From NCBI GenBank assembly GCA_016008875.1, contig JADTQG010000014.1: a DNA stretch of 32,000 nucleotides, one strand, 5' to 3'. Shown here piece by piece: positions 9,780 through 22,137 of the stretch. The translations under genes were made by a program, and so were the position numbers. The notes under the pieces are model-generated. The model was not told the origin of the DNA, ran no database searches, and saw only the letters and a list, made by a program, of their open reading frames with translations. Each line of letters starts with the position of its first letter. Within the stretch, counting starts at the first letter, position 1. This DNA is from Ectopseudomonas mendocina. Its GTDB lineage: Bacteria > Pseudomonadota > Gammaproteobacteria > Pseudomonadales > Pseudomonadaceae.

Positions 9780-10811
9780 ATGAAAAATGACCGACTAGAC
9801 TGCGCCACCATGACCCTGCGCGCACCTCAGCTGCAATTCGACCCCTGCGACGAGCTCGCCGCCCTGTGCAAGGCCGGCGGCGATGCATTGCGCCTGAACG
9901 TGCTGCGCGCGCTGAGCAACGACTCGTTCGGCGTGCTGGAGCTGGCGCAGATCTTCGCCATCGGCCAGTCGGGTATGAGCCACCACCTCAAGGTGCTGGC
10001 CCAGGCCGGGCTGGTGGCCACGCGCCGCGAAGGCAACGCCATCTTCTACCGCCGCGCCCTGCCCAACGGCCGCCTGCATGCCGCACTCCTGGAAGACATC
10101 GACGCGCTGCCGCTGCCCGGCGACGTGCAGGCGCGTATCGCCACTGTGCATCAGCAGCGCGCCACCGTCAGCCGCGACTTCTTCGCCCGCATGGCCACCA
10201 GCTTCCAGGCGCAGCAGGATCTGATCGCCGGCCTGCCGCACTACCGCGACAGCCTGCTGGCCCTGCTCGATGCCCTGCATTTCGCCCCGAGCGCCACGGC
10301 GCTGGAAATCGGCCCGGGCGACGGCGCCTTCCTACCCGAGCTGGCGCGGCGTTTCGCCCAGGTCACGGCGCTGGACAACAGCCCGGCTATGCTCGAACTG
10401 GCCAGCCAGCGTTGCGCTGCCGAGGGCCTGCATAACGTCGAGCTGAAGCTGGCCGATGCGCTGCAGGACAAACAGCAGCCCGCAGACTGCGTGGTGCTGA
10501 ACATGGTGCTGCACCACTTCGCCACGCCGGCCGAGGCCTTTCGCAAGCTGGCCGGGCTGGTCGCCCCAGGTGGCAGCCTGCTGCTCAGCGAGCTGTGCAG
10601 CCATGACCAGAGCTGGGCCCGCGAAGCCTGTGGCGATCTGTGGCTCGGCTTCGAACAGGAAGACCTGGCGCGCTGGGCGACGGCCGCCGGCCTGACGCCC
10701 GGCGAAAGCCTGTACATAGGCCTGAAAAACGGCTTTCAGATTCAATTACGGCACTTTGCCAAACCCGACGCGCACAGCGCCATCAGCCTCCGGCAAGAAA
10801 GGAACCGATAG
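9780..10811 (+). CDS. sahR: ArsR-family HTH fused to a SAM-dependent methyltransferase-like domain; SahR-like regulator
   Basis: N-terminal ArsR wHTH (LCKAGGDALRLNVLRALSNDSFGVLELAQIFAIGQSGMSHHLKVLAQAGLVATRREGNAIFYRR) and C-terminal methyltransferase motif I (ALEIGPGDGAFLPELARRF). Directly abuts metK. The start could also be the ATG at 9810. Confidence 0.8.
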   Translation: MKNDRLDCATMTLRAPQLQFDPCDELAALCKAGGDALRLNVLRALSNDSFGVLELAQIFAIGQSGMSHHLKVLAQAGLVATRREGNAIFYRRALPNGRLHAALLEDIDALPLPGDVQARIATVHQQRATVSRDFFARMATSFQAQQDLIAGLPHYRDSLLALLDALHFAPSATALEIGPGDGAFLPELARRFAQVTALDNSPAMLELASQRCAAEGLHNVELKLADALQDKQQPADCVVLNMVLHHFATPAEAFRKLAGLVAPGGSLLLSELCSHDQSWAREACGDLWLGFEQEDLARWATAAGLTPGESLYIGLKNGFQIQLRHFAKPDAHSAISLRQERNR

Positions 10812-12002
<1,191 letters not shown>

Positions 12003-12116
12003 GACCCTCAGGCGTCACTCGAAGCCCCGCCCAGCGCGGTAACGCTGCTCACTCAAGGCAGCACGCGCTTGGCGCCTCCTCTCCCACTATGGGAGAGGGC
12101 CGGGGAAGAGGCTACC

Positions 12117-12192
12117 GCTCTTGTGGGAGCGGACTTGTCCGCGAAAGGGGTGGAGATGCAACATGCTGCCAAGGCCGCTCCCACAGTTTCGC
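12117..12192. repeat. REP-like palindromic unit A, copy 1
   Basis: TGTGGGAGCGG (12122-12132) pairs with CCGCTCCCACA (12175-12185); inner palindrome GCGGAC-TT-GTCCGC at 12129-12142. Confidence 0.85.
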
Positions 12193-12226
12193 GGTCAGGT
12201 GAAATCCGGGGACTGACGCCAAACCG

Positions 12227-12249
12227 TCCCGGATTACATCCGGCTACGC
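12227..12249. repeat. Short repeat unit B, copy 1
   Basis: TCCCGGATTACATCCGGCTACG matches copy 2 GCCCGGATTGCATCCGGGCTACG. Confidence 0.65.
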
Positions 12250-12276
12250 TGCCCTCTCGCATTGATCGGAGGGGGC

Positions 12277-12353
12277 AGCTCCTGTAGGAGCGGACTTTTC
12301 CGCGAATGCGGTGAAGAAGAAACATCGCAGCCAAGCCTCCCCCACCGTTTCGC
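12277..12353. repeat. REP-like palindromic unit A, copy 2 (partly decayed)
   Basis: CTCCTGTAGGAGCGGACTTTTCCGCGAA...GCAGCCAAGCCTCCCCCACCGTTTCGC aligns along its length to copy 1. Confidence 0.8.
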
Positions 12354-12377
12354 AGCCCGGATTGCATCCGGGCTACG
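12354..12377. repeat. Short repeat unit B, copy 2
   Basis: GCCCGGAT-TGC-ATCCGGGC perfect 8-bp stem at 12355-12373, then TACG. Confidence 0.7.
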
Positions 12378-12414
12378 CGACTGGTTTCCCCTAACCACTG
12401 ATGGCAAAGGCAGC

Positions 12415-12487
12415 AGTTCCTGTGGGAGGGGACTTGTCCGCGAACGGGATGGAAAAACAACGCGGCCAAGGCCGCTACCACAGTTGC
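12415..12487. repeat. REP-like palindromic unit A, copy 3 (partly decayed)
   Basis: AGTTCCTGTGGGAGGGGACTTGTCCGCGAACGGGATGG...GCGGCCAAGGCCGCTACCACAGTTGC aligns to copies 1 and 2. Confidence 0.8.
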
Positions 12488-12514
12488 TCAGCTCCGCCCA
12501 ATCAGAGCGCTTCA

Positions 12515-12541
12515 CCCGCGCCTGAGTGTGCGGGGCTTTTT
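12515..12541 (+). terminator. Terminator-like hairpin, possibly the displaced metK terminator
   Basis: CCCGC-GCCTGAGTGT-GCGGG followed by GCTTTTT. Confidence 0.5.
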
Positions 12542-12588
12542 CATTGCCGAAGCGGAACCAACACAGGCGACGAATTGGTCTAGTCTGA

Positions 12589-14310
<1,722 letters not shown>

Positions 14311-14392
14311 TCCAGGTCAGGCAATGGCTCAATCGGGTCGAACCTCGCGCGACCGTCAAGGTCACTTCGAAAGAGACCCAAGGAGAAAGATC

Positions 14393-14788
14393 ATGATCCG
14401 TCATACCGCTTTGTTCGGCCTGCTGCTGGCCGCCAATCTGAATGCCATGCCGTTGCTCGCCGCCGACGGCGAAGGTGGCTGCGCCGTCAAACGCCAAGTG
14501 CTTCAGGAGAAGATCGACGCCGCGCAGCAGAGCGGCAATACCAGAGAACTGGATGGGCTGCGGCGAGCACTGGGCAACGTCGATGCCCATTGCGAAGACG
14601 CTTCGCTGCATGAAGAGCGCCTGGCTAGCGTCAAGGAAGCGCGTGAGGAAGTGCAGGAGCGCGAAAAGGATCTGCGCGAAGCCATGGGCACGGGCGATCA
14701 GGAGAAGATCGCCAAGCGTCAGGCCAAGCTGGCCGAAGCGCGCGCCGAACTGCAGCAGGCCGAAGCCGAAGCGAGCGTCGATCAGTAA
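14393..14788 (+). CDS. DUF1090 family secreted protein
   Basis: Signal peptide MIRHTALFGLLLAANLNAMPLLAADG, then GCAVKRQVLQEKIDAAQQSGNTRELDGLRRALGNVDAHCEDASL and a charged coiled coil. Start corrected from 14243. Confidence 0.85.
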   Translation: MIRHTALFGLLLAANLNAMPLLAADGEGGCAVKRQVLQEKIDAAQQSGNTRELDGLRRALGNVDAHCEDASLHEERLASVKEAREEVQEREKDLREAMGTGDQEKIAKRQAKLAEARAELQQAEAEASVDQ

Positions 14789-15228
14789 GCGCGGAACGCC
14801 TTGTGGCAGGCCTCGCAGCTATCCTCGACGGCCTGTACCGCAGGCTCCAACTCGGAGCGGCGTAGCGGCGGCGTGGTCGTCGCCTGCACCAGTGCAGCGG
14901 TGGCCTGCTCCAGATCGCGCGCCATTTTCTGAAACTGCTCCTGGCGCTGCCAGACTTCCGGGCTGGCCTTGCTGCGCTCGTCGTCGGCCACCGAGGGGAA
15001 ATGCTGCCAGGGCTCGCGCGACAGCCTATCGAGTTCGGCGGCGCCACTGATGAAGGCAGCTTCGTCGTAGGGAATGCGATTGCGCAGCATGCCACCGAGG
15101 TCTTCGCTGACCTTGAGCATCTCCTTGAACAACGCCTGGCGTTTACCCAACGGCGACTCGGGATCGACCCCGCCACACGCGGCCAATGTCACGCAGACGC
15201 AGGTGAGGAGGAGTTTCTTCAGGACCAT
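14782..15228 (-). CDS. Cytochrome c'-like haem lipoprotein
   Basis: Lipobox LAAC plus C-terminal CEACHKAFR haem motif. Its stop overlaps the convergent DUF1090 stop. Confidence 0.8.
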   Translation of the reverse strand: MVLKKLLLTCVCVTLAACGGVDPESPLGKRQALFKEMLKVSEDLGGMLRNRIPYDEAAFISGAAELDRLSREPWQHFPSVADDERSKASPEVWQRQEQFQKMARDLEQATAALVQATTTPPLRRSELEPAVQAVEDSCEACHKAFRAY

Positions 15229-15340
15229 CGAACGACTTCCCAGGGTGACAAGGGGCCGCCAGTATCGCGGCTCGCTCCGGTCGGGCCAAGCGACCTCTTG
15301 TCACAACGGCTGTCTTTCGCGTCCTTCGGTCAGCCAGGGT

Positions 15341-15592
15341 TCAGGTACGGAAACGCCCCAGCTGACTGTTGAGCTGCCGGACTCCAACCTGGATCTGCGC
15401 ACTGTCCTGCACCACGCTTTCGGTCGCACCCTGGCTGCGCTCGGCCAGGCTGGAAATGCGCGTCACCCGCTGGTCGATCTCCTGCGCCACCTGGCTTTGC
15501 TGCTCGGCGTCCGTGGCGATCTGCGCGTTCAGGGCATTGATCCCGTCAACCGCGCCGACGCTGGTCTCCAGTGCCTCGCTGCAGGTCGAAGT
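15341..15592 (-). pseudogene. 3' remnant of a methyl-accepting chemotaxis protein gene
   Basis: EALETSVGAVDGINALNAQIATDAEQQSQVAQEIDQRVTRISSLAERSQGATESVVQDSAQIQVGVRQLNSQLGRFRT* is an MCP signalling-domain C-terminus. Upstream residues (AGTSTC and beyond) do not look like MCP, and no receptor body is present. Confidence 0.75.
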
Positions 15593-15790
15593 ACCCGCCA
15601 GCTTAATCGCCAACGCTCGTGGCTCGTGAATTGGCACGCATCCCTTAGCCAGGACCGAGGAAACTGGCAGTCGCCGCTCCGGATAGGAACCAGGACGCAC
15701 CCGCAGGCGCGGACCATGGAGGCTCCGCAGCCGGTAAAGGGGTGCGCAGCCTCTCCCTAACGAGGGCGGCAGCCGCTGCTGATTCGCCAG

Positions 15791-17074
15791 TCAGGCCGCC
15801 AGCCTTCCCTCCGCCAATGCCATGGAGGCCGCGAGCATGGCGCGTAGTAGCACTGCGCAGCCTGCGGCGAGGTCAGCCGGAGCGGCGTTCTCGATTTCGT
15901 TGTGGCTGATGCCTCCTTCGCACGGCACGAAGATCATCCCGGCCGGGCCCAGCTCGGCGACGAAGATCGCGTCGTGTCCGGCGCCACTGACGATGTCCAT
16001 ATGCGACAAGCCCAGTCCCGCCGCCGCGCTGCGCACTGCCTCGACGCAACCCTGATCGAAATACAGCGGTGGAAAGTCTGCAGTCGGCGTCAGTTCGAAG
16101 CTGAGCCCATGCTTGGCGCAGGTCGCCTCGATCACGCCGCGCACCTGCGCGATCATCGAATCCAGGCGCGCCGGCTCGAGATGGCGGAAGTCCAGCGTCA
16201 TGCGTACCTCGCCGGGAATCACATTGCGCGAGCCAGGGTACGCCTGCAGGCAACCGACGGTGCCGCAAGCATGCGGTTGATGCTCGAGCGCCACCCGATT
16301 GACCGCCGCGACCACGGCCGCAGCGCCGACCAGGGCATCCTTGCGCAGGTGCATCGGGGTCGGCCCGGCGTGGGCTTCGACACCCTTCAGGCTGAGGTCG
16401 AACCACTTCTGCCCGAGCGCGCCAAGCACCACGCCGATGGTCTTTTCTTGATCTTCGAGAATCGGCCCCTGCTCGATGTGCGCTTCGAAGTAGGCGCCCA
16501 CGGGATGACCGCTCACCGCCCGCGGGCCGGCGTAGCCAATGGCATTGAGTGCCTCGCCGACGCTGACGCCTTCCGCGTCACGTTTGGCCAGGGTTTCTTC
16601 CAAGGTGAATTTTTCAGCGAAGACCCCCGAGCCCATCATGCAGGGGGCGAAGCGCGAGCCTTCCTCATTGGTCCACACCACGACTTCCAGCGGCGCTTCG
16701 GTCTGCACGCCCAGGTCATTCAGGGTACGCAGCACCTCGACGCCGGCCAGCACGCCAAAGCAACCGTCGAACTTGCCACCGGTGGGCTGGGTATCGATAT
16801 GGCTGCCGGTCATCACCGGTGGCAGGGCGGAGTTGCGCCCGGGGCGACGAGCGAAGATGTTGCCGACGCCGTCCACCGTTACGCTGCAGCCTGCGTCCTC
16901 ACACCAGCGTACGAACAGGTCGCGCGCCTGGCGATCGAGGTCGGTCAGCGCCAGGCGACATACCCCGCCCTTGACGGTGGCCCCAAGCTGCGCAAGCTCC
17001 ATCAGTGATTGCCACAGCCGCTCGCCGTTAATGTGCGACTGGCTGGATTGCAGAACCTCGGTGGCAGTGTTCAT
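15791..17074 (-). CDS. M20 family hydantoinase/carbamoylase amidase (probable N-carbamoyl-beta-alanine amidohydrolase)
   Basis: MTGSHIDTQPTGGKFDGCFGVLAGVEVLRTLNDL, VVVWTNEEGSRFAP, EAHIEQGPILE, SGAGHDAIFVAELGPAGMIFVPCEGGISHNE. Start set at 17074 by RBS spacing. Confidence 0.88.
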   Translation of the reverse strand: MNTATEVLQSSQSHINGERLWQSLMELAQLGATVKGGVCRLALTDLDRQARDLFVRWCEDAGCSVTVDGVGNIFARRPGRNSALPPVMTGSHIDTQPTGGKFDGCFGVLAGVEVLRTLNDLGVQTEAPLEVVVWTNEEGSRFAPCMMGSGVFAEKFTLEETLAKRDAEGVSVGEALNAIGYAGPRAVSGHPVGAYFEAHIEQGPILEDQEKTIGVVLGALGQKWFDLSLKGVEAHAGPTPMHLRKDALVGAAAVVAAVNRVALEHQPHACGTVGCLQAYPGSRNVIPGEVRMTLDFRHLEPARLDSMIAQVRGVIEATCAKHGLSFELTPTADFPPLYFDQGCVEAVRSAAAGLGLSHMDIVSGAGHDAIFVAELGPAGMIFVPCEGGISHNEIENAAPADLAAGCAVLLRAMLAASMALAEGRLAA

Positions 17075-17149
17075 GGTCATTTCCTCGGCCTCTCTGGTTG
17101 TCTGAGACGCGCAATCAGGGCGCGTCCTCCGGGTCACGCTGCTGTTGCC

Positions 17150-18637
17150 TTAAACCGGCGCCTTGGCTACCACCGGCCTTGTGCTACGCAGGCTGCACAA
17201 GCCGAAATAGATCAAGCCGCCCAGGAAGGAGCCGGTAAACCAGCCGTAGTCGTAGAACCAGCTGAACGAGCTGCTGCCGAGCGACAGCAGGGTCAGCGCG
17301 ACCGGCACGGCGAAAGCGGCGAAGCCCGTCCAGTTCCACGCCGGATAAACGTCATCGTGGTAAAGGCCAGCCAGGTCCAGCTGTTGCTTCTTGATCAGGA
17401 AGTAATCGACCACCATGATCCCGGCAATCGGCCCCAGTAGGCTGGAGTAACCCAGCAGCCAGTTGGAATACACGCTCTCCAGGCTCAGCTCGGAAACCAG
17501 CAGGCCAAGTTTCTTCAGCAGTTCATGGGCCATCAGGCCGAGACCGATCAGGCCGGTGAGGATCACCGCCTTGGTGCGATCAATCAGCTTGGGCGCGATG
17601 TTCTGGAAGTCGTTGGTCGGTGAAACGATGTTCGCCGCAGTATTGGTCGACAAGGTCGCGACGATGATCAGCGCCATCGCCAGGGCGACCCAGCCAGGGC
17701 TCTGGATATGCCCGATCAAACTGACCGGATCGGCTACCGTCTGCCCCACCAGCGATTCCGAAGCGGCGGTCATCACCACGCCGAGCGCAGCGAAAAGGAA
17801 CATGGTCAGCGGCAGGCCAAAGATCTGCCCGAGAATCTGGTCTTTCTGGCTCTTCGCGTAGCGGCTGAAATCCGGAATGTTCAGCGACAGGGTGGCCCAG
17901 AAACCGACCATGGCGGTCAGCCCGGCGAGGAAGTAGCCGATGACGCTGGCGCCTTCCGGGCGATTGGCCGGCCGCGCCAGCAGCTCGCTCATCGACACAT
18001 TGGGCAGTGCCCATACCAACAGCCCCGCCCCAACCAGCACCAGCAACGGCGCCGACAGGGTTTCCAGCCATTTGATCGACTCGGCGCCACGCAGCACGAT
18101 CCATAGGTTGAGTACCCAGAAGATCATGAAGCCGATCACTTCGCCGGTACCGCCGAGCGCTTTCCAACCGTCGAAGATCGAGCCCAGCAACAGGTGAATG
18201 GCCAGGCCTCCGAACATGGTCTGGATACCGAACCAGCCGCAGGCCACTACGGCGCGGATCAGGCAAGGCACGTTGGAGCCGAGTATGCCGAACGAGGAGC
18301 GCAGCAATACCGGGAACGGGATGCCGTACTTGGTGCCGGCGAAGGCATTGAGGGTCAGCGGGATCAGCACCACCACGTTGGCCAGCAGAATCGCCAGCAG
18401 CGCCTCGCCCACCGACAGGCCGAAATACGCGGTGAGCACGCCACCCAGGGTGTAGGTGGGCACGCAGATCGACATGCCGACCCACAACGCGGTGATATGC
18501 CACTTGTTCCAGGTTCGCTGATGCACCTTGGTCGGGGCGATGTCGTGGTTGTAGCGCGGGCTGTCCAGTACGTCGCTGCCAGCGTTCAGCTCATACAAGC
18601 CCTCCCGCTCGGTCACTTCCGATCTGTTCTGCTGCAT
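17150..18637 (-). CDS. NCS1 family nucleobase/hydantoin:cation symporter
   Basis: Long multi-pass membrane ORF: NKWHITALWVGMSICVPTYTLGG..., PFPVLLRSSFGILGSNVPCLIRAVVACGWFGIQTMFGG. Confidence 0.9.
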   Translation of the reverse strand: MQQNRSEVTEREGLYELNAGSDVLDSPRYNHDIAPTKVHQRTWNKWHITALWVGMSICVPTYTLGGVLTAYFGLSVGEALLAILLANVVVLIPLTLNAFAGTKYGIPFPVLLRSSFGILGSNVPCLIRAVVACGWFGIQTMFGGLAIHLLLGSIFDGWKALGGTGEVIGFMIFWVLNLWIVLRGAESIKWLETLSAPLLVLVGAGLLVWALPNVSMSELLARPANRPEGASVIGYFLAGLTAMVGFWATLSLNIPDFSRYAKSQKDQILGQIFGLPLTMFLFAALGVVMTAASESLVGQTVADPVSLIGHIQSPGWVALAMALIIVATLSTNTAANIVSPTNDFQNIAPKLIDRTKAVILTGLIGLGLMAHELLKKLGLLVSELSLESVYSNWLLGYSSLLGPIAGIMVVDYFLIKKQQLDLAGLYHDDVYPAWNWTGFAAFAVPVALTLLSLGSSSFSWFYDYGWFTGSFLGGLIYFGLCSLRSTRPVVAKAPV

Positions 18638-18964
18638 GGGCCTCTCCAGTATTTTTCTGATTGTTAGCGCATCGGGCTAATTCGATGGCCGGAGTTCAGG
18701 AACCGGCCAGCACGGAGGCAGCACCACTCAATAAGCGTGCCGCATTTCCCCGCCGGGCCTGCATCCTCTCTGCTTGAAGACACTAAACAACTGATCTGAA
18801 AACGCTTTATCTGAAGCCACCGACTTCGCCTGCACACTCCCCTTGCGATCCTCGGAGCAGCCTGTCCTGTCAGTCAGGTTTCAAACTGGTGCAGGCGAAT
18901 TTTTTTCGCCGCCCCAAGGCCACTCGACGCCTTGGCACAAGCGGCTGATTTTCCATGAGAAATC

Positions 18965-18990
18965 TTGACGATATTGTCATTCTGTCAAGT
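18965..18990. promoter_or_regulatory. Inverted repeat IR1
   Basis: CTTGAC-N14-GTCAAG. Confidence 0.35.
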
Positions 18991-18995
18991 GCGTC

Positions 18996-19023
18996 AAAAT
19001 GGTGAGAGGCCTCACCATTTTGG
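18996..19023. promoter_or_regulatory. Inverted repeat IR2, candidate operator of the divergent promoter
   Basis: CAAAATGGTGAG-AGGC-CTCACCATTTTG, perfect 12-bp arms. A second overlapping CACCA-TTT-TGGTG repeat lies at 19014-19026. Confidence 0.7.
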
Positions 19024-19062
19024 TGATTTTTAATTATTTCCTTTATTTTTCAAAAAGTTACC

Positions 19063-19093
19063 AAGATTATAATTGTTCAAAAAATAATCTTGC
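19063..19093. promoter_or_regulatory. Inverted repeat IR3
   Basis: CAAGATTAT-N13-ATAATCTTG, perfect 9-bp arms, in an AT-rich stretch. Confidence 0.5.
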
Positions 19094-19115
19094 CCAATCC
19101 ATTCACTGCAACTAG

Positions 19116-20654
<1,539 letters not shown>

Positions 20655-20769
20655 GCCGCGCGTAACGCCCACCATAGATGACTTAGCCACACCGGCCCTG
20701 AGAGGCCGGACGGCCGCTTATCCGCTGTTAACTGCCGAATAAAAGCCACAAAACCGTGAGGCAATAACC

Positions 20770-22137
20770 GTGATAGACACCCTAAGCCATTTGCCGCGCC
20801 CGGATGCCGGGGCGGCCGAACTGGCCGATCGCTTCAGCGATCTGGCCCCGCCGCTCAATGCACGCCAGGCCGCCCTGGAAAGTGCCCGCTGCCTGTATTG
20901 CTACGATGCGCCCTGCATCAACGCCTGCCCCAGCGAGATCGACATCCCCTCGTTCATCCGCAATATCAGCCATGAGAACATCCAGGGCGCGGCCGAGAAG
21001 ATTCTCTCGGCCAATATCCTCGGCGGCAGTTGCGCCCGCGTCTGCCCGACGGAAATTCTTTGCCAGCAGGCCTGCGTGCGCAACAACGCCCAGGAATGCG
21101 CACCGGTGCTGATCGGCCTGCTGCAACGGTACGCCATCGATAACGCGCAGTTCAGCGGACATCCGTTCCAGCGCGCCCCCGCCAGTGGCAAACGCATCGC
21201 TGTGGTCGGCGCCGGCCCGGCTGGCCTGTCCTGCGCCCACCGCCTGGCCATGCATGGCCATGAGGTGGTGATCTTCGAGTCGCGCGAGAAAGCCGGCGGC
21301 CTCAACGAATACGGCATCGCTGCCTACAAGCTGGTCGACGACTTCGCCCAGCGCGAGGTGGCGTTCCTTCTGCAGATCGGCGGTATCGAGATCCGCCACG
21401 GTCACCGGCTGGGCGATGACCTCAGCCTGAGCGCCTTGCATCAGCAGTTCGACGCGGTGTTCCTCGGCATCGGTCTGGCCGCCAGCAAACGCCTTGGACT
21501 GACGGACGAAGAGGCGCCAGGCGTGCTCGCGGCCACCGAATACATCCGTGAACTGCGCCAAAGCGATGACCTGACCCAGCTGCCCGTGGCAGAGCGCTGC
21601 ATCATTCTTGGCGCCGGCAACACCGCCATCGACATGGCGGTGCAGATGAGCAAGCTCGGCGCCCGCGACGTCAATCTGGTCTATCGCCGCGGCTTCGAGG
21701 AGATGGGCGCCACCGAGCACGAACAGGACATCGCCAAGGCCAACCAGGTACGGCTGCTGACCTGGGCACAGCCGGACGCGGTGCTGCTGAACGACCAGGG
21801 GCAGGTGCGCGGCATGCGCTTTGCCCGCACTCGCGTGGAGAACGGTCGCCTGCACAGCACCGGGCAGACCTTCGAGCTGCCCGCCGATGCCATCTTCACC
21901 GCCATCGGCCAGGCCTTCGCCGGCCAGGCGCTGAGCGACCCACTGGCCCGCGAGCTGAAACGCGAGGGCGAGCGTATCTGGGTCGATGCCCAGCTACGCA
22001 CCAGCGTGCCCGGCGTGTATGCCGGAGGCGACTGCATCGCCCTAGGCCAGGACCTCACCGTTCAGGCCGTGCAACACGGCAAGCTGGCCGCCGAGGCCAT
22101 CCACTCTTATCTGATGCTCAATGTGGAGGCCGCGTAA
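20770..22137 (+). CDS. preT: NAD-dependent dihydropyrimidine dehydrogenase subunit PreT (PydX-like)
   Basis: Cys-rich N-terminus CLYCYDAPCINACPSEIDIPSFIRNI, GGSCARVCPTEILCQQACVR, FAD/NAD motifs VGAGPAGLSCAHRLAMHGHEVVIFESR and GAGNTAIDMAVQMSKLGA. Confidence 0.95.
   Translation: MIDTLSHLPRPDAGAAELADRFSDLAPPLNARQAALESARCLYCYDAPCINACPSEIDIPSFIRNISHENIQGAAEKILSANILGGSCARVCPTEILCQQACVRNNAQECAPVLIGLLQRYAIDNAQFSGHPFQRAPASGKRIAVVGAGPAGLSCAHRLAMHGHEVVIFESREKAGGLNEYGIAAYKLVDDFAQREVAFLLQIGGIEIRHGHRLGDDLSLSALHQQFDAVFLGIGLAASKRLGLTDEEAPGVLAATEYIRELRQSDDLTQLPVAERCIILGAGNTAIDMAVQMSKLGARDVNLVYRRGFEEMGATEHEQDIAKANQVRLLTWAQPDAVLLNDQGQVRGMRFARTRVENGRLHSTGQTFELPADAIFTAIGQAFAGQALSDPLARELKREGERIWVDAQLRTSVPGVYAGGDCIALGQDLTVQAVQHGKLAAEAIHSYLMLNVEAA

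Noticed and set aside
12117-12487. Possible CRISPR array
   Set aside because: Only three diverged ~75-bp units with non-uniform spacing and their own palindromes, alternating with a second repeat family. This is a REP-like arrangement.
15074-15760. 228-aa plus-strand ORF spanning the cytochrome and MCP remnant
   Set aside because: Mostly antisense to the cytochrome c'-like lipoprotein gene and MCP fragment, with no domain seen. Its tail only crosses the unidentified segment.
18914-18935. Possible terminator CCAAGGC-N8-GCCTTGG next to a run of T
   Set aside because: The T run precedes the hairpin on the plus strand and becomes an A run on the minus strand, so it is not a valid intrinsic terminator on either strand.
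18931-18946. Possible sigma54 promoter (TTGGCACAAGCGGCTG)
   Set aside because: The spacing between GG and GC does not fit the GG-N10-GC requirement and the -12 element is poor.
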